Part shown: positions 39,837 through 51,640 of the stretch, one piece after another
Numbering within the stretch: position 1 is the first letter of the stretch
Layout: every line of letters starts with the position of its first letter
Assembly (NCBI RefSeq): GCF_001194135.2
Contig: NC_068982.1
Location: 123,916,297-123,980,296, forward strand
Direction of reading: 5' to 3'
DNA length: 64,000 nt
Source of the DNA: Octopus bimaculoides
Lineage: Eukaryota
Made by a program: the position numbers and the translations under genes
The notes under the pieces: model-generated
Database searches by the model: none
Told to the model about the DNA's origin: nothing
The model's input: the letters and a program-made list of their open reading frames with translations, nothing else

Positions 39837-41039
39837 TTGAAGATGTTGAGAAAACAACTGGCAACCTATCACTCAAAATGGCTGAATTTTTTTCTTCTTC
39901 TTCCTTGGTTTCATGTTGATGTCATGCAAAGAGAACAATAATCTGGAAGAGAAAAACTTTTCCATTGTATTGTTGTCCAATTTTGGAATTTAAAACCAAA
40001 ACGACCAAAATATTGACCCTAAATAAACTAAGTTAACTAGAAAATATGTTTTAATGACCTTAACAATATTAAAGCAGAGTATATGAATATATAGTAATAT
40101 CATATCAAAATAACGAAACAAATTTAATGGAAGGAAAATGTCAATATAAAACTTTAAAGGATTTTCTTATCATTATCAGCTTAAATTAATTTTATTTCTC
40201 TTTATCAAATTGGCTTCTTTGTTAAAAAAAAAAATGAAACTAAAAATCTTGCTCCTTCAATAACTATTTATACAAACCAATCATTTCATAACAACTTTGA
40301 CATCATAAAATTATATTAAATAATCATATTTACTGTAAGGAAAATGATAATTTAAATCCTTAATTACCTTCAATAAAAAAAAATTATATGTTAAAAAGTA
40401 ATGGTAAAACAAATATTTTGCTAAATATAACAAGAATACATCAATAAATAATTAGTCAAAATAATTTAAGTTGAAATTGAAAATTTCTTCTACCATAAAT
40501 AAAATTAAGTCTTAATTATTGAGTTTTTGTTTACAAATTTGGTTATAAAATTATTTTAAAAGTTACACTACAGTAGAAATTTGATTGTTTAATGAAGTAA
40601 AATGACTAGTGCAGTGATGGTAGCCAATATAGTTAACACATGGATGCAAAGTTTTTCCTTAAGTCAAAATCCTGTTCTTTTCTTGTGGATTATCATACAT
40701 GGTGGATTATCTTCTAAGCCAGCATTAAACAGTGTGTGTGTTTTTTTGTTTTTTTTTTGTTGTATTCTTGATTATTTCTTTAGTAAATTTACCATTCAGT
40801 TGCAATTAATATGTAATTTGTTTAACAGTCATAAAAATTTGCTGTGATCACACCTCTTCAGTTCGTCTTTCTACATACATGATATTCCATGTCATTTTTC
40901 TCATTTTCAATACATCTGTTGTCTCTTTTAAAATATTCCAGGTTGTTTTCTGCACTCTCAGAAAGTATTGCTCATCTGCTTCACATTGCTTGATATAATG
41001 TTTTCATAGACAAAGAATCTATCTTTGTGGAGACTGGCA

Positions 41040-41160
41040 TCTCTCAATGTCAACCACAAATAGCCTATGATTGTTGAAATCTCCAATTATGATGTGTCTT
41101 GCAAGTTAGGAAGGTGTTTTGAGAAGCTGGGAGTTTGTATACTGATACAAACACTGATAT
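41040..41160 (-). mobile_element. LINE APE-endonuclease fragment
   Basis: Minus strand VSVYKLP.../RHIIIGDFNNH (GDFN motif). Confidence 0.55.
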
Positions 41161-44100
41161 CATTTCATTGGTACAAACACTGAAAGCTGTTGAAATGATT
41201 TCAGTGCTTTCATTCTCACTTTTATTTATGACAACTGATTCTACTTAAATAGATTTTATTTCATATAAAATCTATTAATGAGGTATTTCAATAGCTTTGA
41301 TCTTTCCTAGTTGTATTAGATAATTATATTCCTTGCTTACACAAGATATCATGCAGTATATCCTTTTTATAACAACAAAACTATGTAATGTTGAAATAAC
41401 ATTTTTGTAAAGGTTATTTCATAATGTGTACTGGTACAACTGGACTGTAGCAGTTACATCTATCTCTGGTCACTCAAGATATGTTGATGATCAGGTTAAT
41501 ATTATGAAATAGTGTAATACTGCCAGTTTGATACAGTCTATTATTTTTATTACATGTAAATCTTATAACATTTCTGTTTCTCATGTAATTATAATTTAAT
41601 TTTATGAGGCCCATTTTTATCTTTTTGGAGGTTTTCTTTACAATTGCTTCATTTGCATTTTTAAAAAATGGCACTAACATTAAAAACTACCATTATCAAA
41701 AATTCACATAACCAGTTTTCATATTAGCCAGTTTACTATCCACATTAATACAAAAATAAAGAAAGATGTAAAAATCATTAAAACTGTTATGTAAATTAAA
41801 CACAATCTGTTCTGAATTGATATTTATTTTCAACAAGAGAGAATTATAAGGAATGATCATAATATAATTAGCATTTAACTCATATTTGATTTTAAGATAA
41901 TCTCTGTATAGCCAGTTGTCACCTGCAGGTGAGTTTGGCTTGATAATATACACCATGCTTTCACTGAATGTTTGAGGTACCTATAATGTTACAAGCAGAT
42001 ATGGACACCCTTTTGGGCCTCCCTTACACTTAACCCAGCAGAACTTCCAGGGTGTGACAGCTGGAAGGAGAAAAATATGACTGGTACACATTACAGTTGA
42101 GTAGGCTGAAGCAACAGGAAATGCAGTGGTTTGTTCAAGGACAAGACACATCATCTAGCCCAGGAATTGAACCTACAACCTTACAATCATGAATCAAACT
42201 CCTTAACCATTAGGCCATGTACCTTCACAAAATAATCACTACTACTTTCTTATAGCATGCTTCCCGTCTAATCTTATATAAAACTGGTGTATTTTAAACT
42301 ATACAGACAGGAGCATGTATGGAGGTAATTTTATCCATTTATCTCATGGTTTGATCATTGTTAAGGTTTCTAGTTATTAAGGTTTCTTTACATGAAGGTA
42401 TGATCTGATCTAACTAGATTTGAAAAAAAATAAAAGAAAATACTAGAATCAAAGTAAGAACAAAATTAAACCTAATAAAATTTACAAATATTCTTCAATA
42501 AGAAAATAACTGCTTTTAATTAATAAAGGTAAATAAACTTAATAAGAATTAGGATAAAATGAATAAAGTATAGATAAAATTTTGTGTGCAATACTACAAC
42601 TCATATAAGATGCAATTTTTATTTAAGCTGGACTACAGTATCCAAAAGAATTCAGACTAGTTTTAAAGATATGGTTCACATATCTTTTATCTCTTACTAG
42701 TTTCAGTCATTGGAGTGTAGTCAAATTGGGCCACTGCCTTGAAAAGTGTAGTTAAAGAAATCAACCCCACTAAATATATAACCTCTTATTCCTGAATAAT
42801 TTCTAATAATGCAATGATATTTTAACTGGTGGGTAAAGGAAATCAACAATTATAATTAAAAGGTATTTCAGAAGTGATCCTATTAACAAGCAAAATAGTT
42901 CAAACCAATGAGGTTACTCAACCTGTTATAAATAGCAGTTAAATATCACATTAAATCTCCCTCAAATCCAACTCTGTGTCCTAAGAACACATTGGATAAT
43001 TTTGTCCCAGATGCATTGTGTTCCAAACAGAGCAGGATGATCATGGCTGAAATACATTTAGTCATAGGTCTGCTTATATATATATATATATAACTAAAGA
43101 GAGAAAAAGGAAATGGAAAATGGAGAGAATATAACATCTCATGAATACTTGAAAGGAATACATGATCATATATCTAGTGTATTAGAGCTGACATTGACCC
43201 AAGATCCTATGTCAGTACAACTACAACAGATCAATGATCAGGTATTCCACTCATGACAATGATTTTTCATTTGTTTGTTTGTTTGTTTTTTAGGCAGATA
43301 ATACTGCCTAAATTATCTAAATCTGCATCATTAAACAATGAGATCTATTTTTTTTTATTTCAAAACACTAAAATGTAACTTAAATGAGATTTGGGTGCTA
43401 TTCCTAGCAGGCTCTATTTTTAGCTTGAACTAGAAATATTGAATTGACAGGTGATATCACATTTTTAGAGGATGTGCAATTTAAATCTAACTTCTAGCAC
43501 CAACAAATTTAAAATTTAATTGAAAATTTAAAAGAAAAAAAAAATAAATAAAAGAAAAAAAGACACTTTTGAGAATCATAACCAGCATAAAACCAGCATG
43601 AAAAGAAAAAGTACCAAAATACCCTGTCGTGATTTTACTAATGTTTTAATATTTATTGTTATACTAAACTAAACATTAATTTTTTGTGGTATCAGCAGAA
43701 GATACCTCCTAATATGCATGTGAACATTAATGCAATATTCTCAGCTAAAAGAAATATGGGGTATCACTAACATTGCTTTTAAAACTTATTTCTAAAAGTT
43801 GTTTTTCTTTTGAATGATACTTTTAAACGTCAAAGTGCATTCCTTTAGGGTTTTCACACTTCAGTAACCCCAGTTGTGTAAGACAGTTAGCTTTAGAAAC
43901 ATAATTTTCTGTTGTGTGTGAATTTGATCTGATGTATATATATGAGTGATGTGTGTCTCTATTTTTTAAAATCTGCACAAAAAAGTCATAAATATGTTTA
44001 GGTAATTTTTTTCTTTAACAGATTGATATATGTAGTAACTTCTTTCAATACCTATATTTTCAAATGTGAATGGATTTGGTAGGTAGAGACTGAAAGAAGC

Positions 44101-44400
44101 TCATCATATAATCCTATATATATATATATGTGTATGCATGAGTCTCTGTGTTTACATTTGCACTTCTCTAAATATCATTTGCTACAAGAAATGATATTGT
44201 TATTTTCTCTGTCAACAAATCACCTATCAGCTTTGTGCCTTCAAAGTTATATGTAATAAGGGAGCCATTACTTGAAAAACAGGTAAGGGTTAGCAACAGG
44301 AAGAGCATCCAGCTGTAAAACAATGCCTCAATAATACATTATCTAACCCATGTTAGCTTGGAAAAACAGGTATATAAAAGAAATGAATGAATATATTTAT

Positions 44401-44787
44401 TTTTTTACTTGTTTCAGTCATTTGACTGCGGTCATGCTAGAGTACCACATTAAAGGGTCTTTTAGTCGAAGAAATTGACTCTAGTACTTATTCTATCAGT
44501 CTCTTTTGCCAAACTGCTAAGTTATGGGGATGTAAACATAACATCAGTTGTCAAACAATAGTGGGAGGGGGCAAATACAGACACAAAGACACACACACTT
44601 AAATACATATATATATATATATATATACAACAGTCTCCTTTCAGTTTCTGTCTGCCAAATCCACTCACAAGGTTTTGGTTGGTCTGAGGCTATAGCAGAA
44701 GACACTTATCCAAGGTACCACTCAGTGGGACTGAACCCAGAATCATGTGGCTGGTAAGCAAGCTACTTACCACATAGTCATGCCTGC
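44401..44787 (-). mobile_element. tRNA-headed SINE, family A
   Basis: Reverse complement of the 7316 copy. Confidence 0.8.
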
Positions 44788-45001
44788 GCTATGAATACAT
44801 CTATTTACTTAAGCACATATGCATCTACCTATACTTGTATATATATGCATAAATACACATATATATACATATGTAAAATACATAAAAAGTATAAAAGTGA
44901 AATTGATGCAACAGCTGACATCACCAGATTATGCCTACAGATTGCAATATGCAGTCACATATTGTGACTTTTGCCCCCCCCCCACACACACACACATCAT
45001 T

Positions 45002-45040
<39 letters not shown>

Positions 45041-46454
45041 CACAGAGAGAGAGAATGATACAAATAAACAAATATAACTGCTTGGCTTTGATATACAATA
45101 TATATAAATACACATGTAAATAGAGAGAAAGTAAAGACTGAAAATTTTCAGACAAGTTTAAATATATAGATGTTTATATATTAAAAGAGCAAACTTACAC
45201 AGAGTACAATGACACAGAAAAATAATGGGAAGAAGGTTACAAGTCCAACAGCTGTTTCTGGAGGCTCAGTTAGTTCATAATGTTGGCAGATATAGTTCGC
45301 CAGAATAGCAACCAGTAATGGAAGTGAATAAACATTAGATAAATCCAGCTTCTGCCTTTGGGGTCGAGAGATAAAAATTGGCAGATTTTTATCTGGTGGA
45401 GTCACCGGAAATGTCAGGCAGGATACTTTGCACTATTGGTGTTAGAATTTGGGGTTCCAATTCTACCGTAGCCTACTTCAATGGAAGGTTTAATCTATGT
45501 CTCATTAATCGTTACCTACTCCTTTAATATCTGCTGTAAACATTTAGGCCAGGTTTTCAGCTTGAGGATACACTCCACTCACCTCCTTTTCACCAGTCTT
45601 GGACACTTTTTAAAAGGTTATACAATCAATAGCCTCAAATAACAAATTTCCAAGAATATGTGACTATGTTTGTGTTTGTAAGTATTTGTATTTTTTTTTA
45701 TGAATTGATCACTCTATATATCTATTTGTCTGAAAACCTGTCTGTCTTTAGTAAATAGTTGATTTATTTTGGATCAGAATAATTACCATAATTAAAATTA
45801 AGCTAAGGGAAATAACTCAGATAGGCTAATAGCATGAATATGGATAGTATATAACTTTTTTTCTGTATGTAAAAATCTATCCACTGATCTGTATGCTTGA
45901 TTAGATAATACTAAGCTCATGAAGTCTTATAGACAGAAACATGATCATAGTTGTCCCTTGCCTGCTAACAAAAATCAGGCTGCCCTTTCCTTAAACATGT
46001 AAATCAACAAGAGAAATTAATACTTAATTTCTTGAAATTATCTCCCCTTCTCTTGGTGAATTTCTAACAATTGCCACTAGGTTTTTGATGTCTTTCTACA
46101 ACTTAAAAATTTCTATAAATTAAGAATTTTTTGTGTGGAATTCAAAACAGATCACCCTTCAACTTCACTACTACCATCACCATTTCACATCTATTTTCCA
46201 TGCTAGCATGGGTTAGACAGTTCATCAGAAGCTGGCACACCACTGGACTACAGCAAGCTCCACAGTCTGCTTTGACATAGTTTCTTTGACTAAATGCCCT
46301 TCCTAGTGCCAACTACTTTACACAGTGTGTTGGGTACTTTTTATGTGACACCAGTACAGCACCAATGAGGTTATCAGTAATGCTCCAAATTCAGTCCATA
46401 GATTTATTTGTCTTGTTTCCCTTTTTATTCTTGTTATATGTATGTGTATAAGGT

Positions 46455-46662
46455 GGCGAGCTGGCAGAACCATTAGCACGCCAGGCAAAATGCTGAACAG
46501 CATTTTGTCCATTTGAACGTTTTGAGTTCAAATTCTGCCGATGTCAACTTCACCTTTCATCATTTCAAGGTTGATAAAATAAGTACCAGTTGAGTACTAG
46601 GGTCGATGTAATTGACTATACCTCACCCCCAAATTTCAGGCCTTGTGCCAATAGTAGAAAGG
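46455..46662 (+). mobile_element. tRNA-headed SINE, family B (copies also at 54893-55108 +, 59419-59635 -, 25925-26150 -)
   Basis: Head aaggtggcgagctggcagaa...gagttcaaatt, core cctttcatcatttcaaggttgataaaataagtaccagt; the core resembles my recollection of the MetaSINE domain. Confidence 0.7.
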
Positions 46663-48599
46663 ATTATGTGTATGTGTGTGTTTGCACATGTATGTCTGTA
46701 TGTTCATATATGTATTTCCTAATTAAATTGATATTGTTTGTTTTAATGAGTCACTTCCCAGTTGTGACAAGGTTATAAAAAGAAAGCAAACATAACAGAG
46801 AGAAAGAGAAAGGGCAGAAATATTCTGTGTTCTAGAACACATTCTATAACCATTCGTACTTTGAATTTTAAAAAAAGTTGTTTTTTTTTAACTGACACTG
46901 ATTTGAAAGTCTTACACTTGTGCTCTCAAAGCACAGTTTACCAAGTAAACATTGAGACAAGCTGCTATTCAACCTGTTATTACTCCAATAGTTATTAGTA
47001 TAAGCTTGAACCAGAATTGTAGAATTTACATACATGACCCATCTTTACATTGTATTTATCTGACAACATCAACTTCAAGTAGAGAACTAATTTACCATCA
47101 GAACAATATATTTTCTAGGATAACAATATCAGGTAGGATATACTTTAATTTTATATTATTTTACTTTTTTCTATGCTTTTAGATTTCTTCCATATTCTCA
47201 TGAGTCATCAGTTCATTTGCATCAATCTTTTTAGTTACCATTTACTTCTTTTTCCTGATAATATTTTTATTATATGTTTGTCTTACAACCATATGATGCT
47301 TCACTGAGAGATATTTCAAAAGCTATCTCTCATAGTTTTGAATCATGAAGCTAAGTGTTCTCAATTTTTAAGTTATTCATATATGTCTTGCCTGTATCTC
47401 CTCTACAGTAAAACACCTGTTCCTGTCCTTCTTTCCTAGTTAATCCTCAACACCTGGCACAATTCCACCTCCCTCAACACTCTGCCCCAACTCTGTGAAG
47501 GGCCTTGTCTTGTCTTGTGAGTTACTTGGTGACTCTACTCATGCTGTAGCCACATAAAAAGTAAAGTGGCTGGCATTGGAAATGGTATCCAGCCATAGAA
47601 ATCTTGACAAAGCAGTCACTGGAGACCAACACAGTCCTTTGGGTAGTCAGGTCTTATTGAAGCATCCAACTCATTTCAGTATTGAAGACAGACATTAATT
47701 GACAATAATGATGATGATGATGCTGATGTAAATACATTTGTGTGTGTGTGTGTGTGTAAAGATAAGTGTAGAACAGAATTTTTGCTTCCCAATCATGAGA
47801 ACCTGAGTTTGACTCCATTATATGCCATCTTGAGGATATATCTTTTATAATATACTTTGATTAAACCAAGTCTTGTGAATATAGTTGGGTTGACAAACTT
47901 CATTGAAGCCCATTCAATGGATTTTACTTTACATTTAAAGGTCCAGCTATATCGTACTGATTCTGCCTGAGTATCACATAAAGAGTACATGTATCTGTGG
48001 AATACTCAACCACACAAACTGTACAAAATTTACTAGAAGCACAGTCTATCTTAAATTCTTCTGAAAATCTTTCTCTGTAAAGAATTAAGTTCTACAGTAT
48101 TGACTACAGTAGAACTTGTGAAACACTGCTTGCAATGACAATGTAATCAAGAGAAAGACTCCAGGCTATCATCCAGCCTGGCAAACATTCTCAGTAAGAG
48201 AGCTACTTGGTACAACTGAGGTTGGATCTGCCTATATTTTGGTGACCTTAGAAGTAGTCTCAGGAGAACACATTGCTCTAAGCGTTACCATCTTCATCAT
48301 TCAAAATAGCATCTACAAACTCATAGTTTATATGTATGTATTATGTTCTTTTCTATTTTTAATTATTTGAAGTATCTGTAAAGAAGGTGCTAGTTTCTAA
48401 TAATGACACAAAGCTCCATCATCAGAATCCTGATAACAAAAACAATGTCACATTTTGAACTTTACTGTACTGTTTACAGATTGTATTTGGCTGATTTCTT
48501 CTAAAAACCCTTGTTTTTCCAGATTGCCACTCTAGCATATTTTAACAAAACCAAGTGCTCTAGTCATTATTAGTATAAATGTGAATTTATAATCTAAAT

Positions 48600-49540
48600 A
48601 TAGAAGCAGGAAGTTTCAAAGTAGTTGTCCATAGTTATCCTCTTTCTCTTTGATTTTTGAATAGATATTCACATCAGCGTGGCAGCTGACCTCTATGATG
48701 GTACATACTTTTTCTTGTTTGTCTCATACAACAATATCTGGCCTGTTATGTTTGCAGTTGGTAGAAGTTTTGATGGGAACATTCCATCAATATTCTTTGT
48801 GCCAATATTCATATAACAGTGGGGTTATTGCAGGTCGGTCATTTTTGGGCTGGCATTGCATATTGTTTTCGTGACAATGTTATATCACATTGGAAAGTAA
48901 TTAGTACCTTGATGACATTTTGTGCAGCTGCTAATCACTTGTGATGTCTTCCACAGACACGTGACATAAATGATATTTTCAGTTGCGTCTTTAGACTCCA
49001 AGGGTTTCACTGTCTTCTTTGCTAATAAGGTACTTTGTAACAATCTCTTGGCCTTGGATTGCAAATGCACAACCTTCAAAATGTGATGTGATGTAACAGT
49101 TACAAGTTCAAGAAAAAGCTTTACTTCATATCAATATTAGAGCCATCTTCAAATTTTTGGGAAACATACCCATGCATAATCTTTTCTTTCTTTTTTTTTT
49201 TTTTTGATAGGCTGAATGCTTCATATTCAGGTCTTTTTTTATGTATTTTAATCCAGCTGTTTGGGGGTTGTATGGGGGGTTGTCAGGAAGAGAGTACTTC
49301 CTGAGGAGCTCACTACCAACATGTAAGATGTTCTCTTCACTTTTCAGCTCTAAGTTTATGCATTTATTTTTCCTGCTATTGTTTAGCAGATCCTGTCTGA
49401 GAGATACTATATGACATTTGAGGGCTATTTGCACTGATCTCAAGCTTTTACTTCCTTCATCTCTTCTTTGGTGAATCCTGTCTATATCACTGTATCTATG
49501 GAAGTTTCCAGTTGATGTCAAGCTCTTGCAGGTTTTAGTG
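48600..49540 (-). mobile_element. R4/Dong-like non-LTR retrotransposon, decayed 3' part (post-RT, CCHC, restriction-like endonuclease)
   Basis: FHRYSDIDRIHQRRDEG (cf. HP.SDVDRLY.PR..GGRG), HDN..-type segment, HNRPDIVV*DKQEKVCTIIEVSCHADVNI (PD..D/E RLE motif). Confidence 0.75.
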
Positions 49541-50479
49541 TTTATGGAGTGAATTTCCTCTACAGAAAGTCAAGTGTTCCAAATGTTGGAATCAGAACTG
49601 GTATTGCAAATGAATTGTGGAATATTGTCTTCTTGTAAGAAGAGTGTTGTGGCTATGAATATGCTGTCTTACATAATTAAATACTATGGACATAAAATAA
49701 TTCTACATACAGCGCGCCATGCCATAAAACACAATTTTTGAGTTGTAAATGACTTTTCTGAAATAGTCCAATTATTTTGAAATCTTGTTAACAGAGCTGG
49801 AAATTTTGAATTATACCCAAAAATGTAAAATATAATTCCATAATTACAAGACTAAATATTAGGGATATATTTTAATATTACAAACAATATAATATATATA
49901 TACACATGCTTGGAACAGGTGTGGCTCAGTTCCCACTTGTTTCAAAGTCAGCAAGATGCTCTTTCTGCTGACTCCCACAGCCAAACCAATGAGCAACTGT
50001 CTTCCTATACTTTCCTGCCATTCTCAGATATATCAGCATCTTCCATACAAACTGCACCAAGAAACCCACTAAAGCCAACCTCATTACATATATATATATA
50101 TAATATTTTACTTTATATATATACTTTCTAGGCCATAAATGTGTTCTACTCTTTATTTTATGTTTGTCTAAGTCTCCCATTCAGCTGGAGTTAGGTGAAA
50201 CAATTGAACAACTGCTGTACTGAAGATGCCTTCACTTAGACAATTAGACTATCTTTTCTTTTGGGGCATGTCAGTTTTGGATGATTGATTCTTCAGATTA
50301 TCTCCCCTTCTAATCTAGAGTTGGTCCTCATTACCACTTAGCAATTGTTCTATCATCTTAGGAAGCATAGACAATTTCAGTAAATCAAGAACTTATATTG
50401 TATGATATTTAATATGCCATCATTTGTTTATGTACTACTTGCTACCCTCAGATATTTACCTTAGCTCATTCATTTATAT

Positions 50480-50536
50480 NNNNNNNNNNNNNNNNNNNNN
50501 NNNNNNNNNNNNNNNNNNNNNNNNNNNNNNNNNNNN
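50480..50536. other. Assembly gap (N run)
   Basis: Directly visible. Confidence 1.
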
Positions 50537-50804
50537 GTCCACAAAGTCTGGGTACATGGGGATTAACACATACTTTAAGAAATTATTATTTCTTATATTT
50601 AATTGTTTATGTTATGACTTTATTCACTCCACGTACTCACATGGGGATTAATATAACGGACTGCTAGATATAAAGGTCTGCTCCTAACTAAGAATTTGTC
50701 TTGTAATTATCTCACCTGGATGAGAGCATCAGTGGTATCCTTTCCTGGCACAAATCCAAAACTAAATCTTTTCTTGATGATTTATATACACATTTACACA
50801 CGCA

Positions 50805-50805
50805 C

Positions 50806-50839
<34 letters not shown>

Positions 50840-50892
50840 CATCACCACCACCATCACCATCATCATCACCATCACCACCATCATCATCATCA
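50805..50892. repeat. (CA)n followed by (CAC/CAT)n microsatellite
   Basis: Directly visible; source of the poly-His ORF. Confidence 0.9.
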
Positions 50893-51640
50893 TTTCACAC
50901 TCATTTTACACTCATTTTTCAAGCTAGCGTGAGTTAGGAGGGTCATAGCTGTTCTCCTGAGAAGTTTGGAGGACAACATCTCAGTCATAGTTTTAATTTT
51001 GGGGCTTGGGTTCTGCAACTAGATGTCCTTCCTAACATCAACCACTTTACAGAGTGCAGTAGGTTCGTCATCTGATGAAGATTATTTTATTTAGTTTATT
51101 GAAGCTCAGCAAGCCATGTTAATAAGCAAAAACAATGATGAAAAGATAAAAGGCAATATTGATTTAGGTAAAATTACAAGAATCATTATACCAAGATCTA
51201 ATGTTTGTATGGTTACTACCATACTTGATGGTATAAAAGACTTACAGGTATATTAGAAATAACTAAATTTCAACAGAGCATATTTAGGGGTAAAATGTTA
51301 TTTAGTGCGTTAAAGCTTAAGGAAAGCCCAGCTTCATATATATCACCAAGATAATTTTTGAGACATTTTTATGAAAAAAAGATTGTCTTATATGTCATCA
51401 CAAACAGTAATTTCTGTTAATATCTTTGTAGCCCTTAAGAAAATTGGCAGTATTTTATTCTCCTGATGTGGTGAAAATGGAAGCAATTAAAATAATTTTT
51501 GATATTCTTTCACATTTCAACATTCCTAAGTTACATAATGGTAATTTTAGACCCATACAGAAAATCATGTTACCATTTGGTGCTACTTTGCAAAATACAC
51601 TGAGTTGGCTTAACAAACAAATGATATTTTAACACTTTTG

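Noticed and set aside
41474-41956. Two adjacent minus-strand ORFs (68 and 86 aa)
   Set aside because: Asn/Ile/Lys/Tyr-rich composition typical of AT-rich noncoding DNA, with no motif
45181-45435. Minus-strand 79-codon hydrophobic ORF with a TGT|GTAAGT donor
   Set aside because: No ATG, phase-0 end incompatible with the next candidate exon (phase 2), no recognisable family; ORFs this long are expected by chance in 64 kb. Worth rechecking only if antisense reads appear
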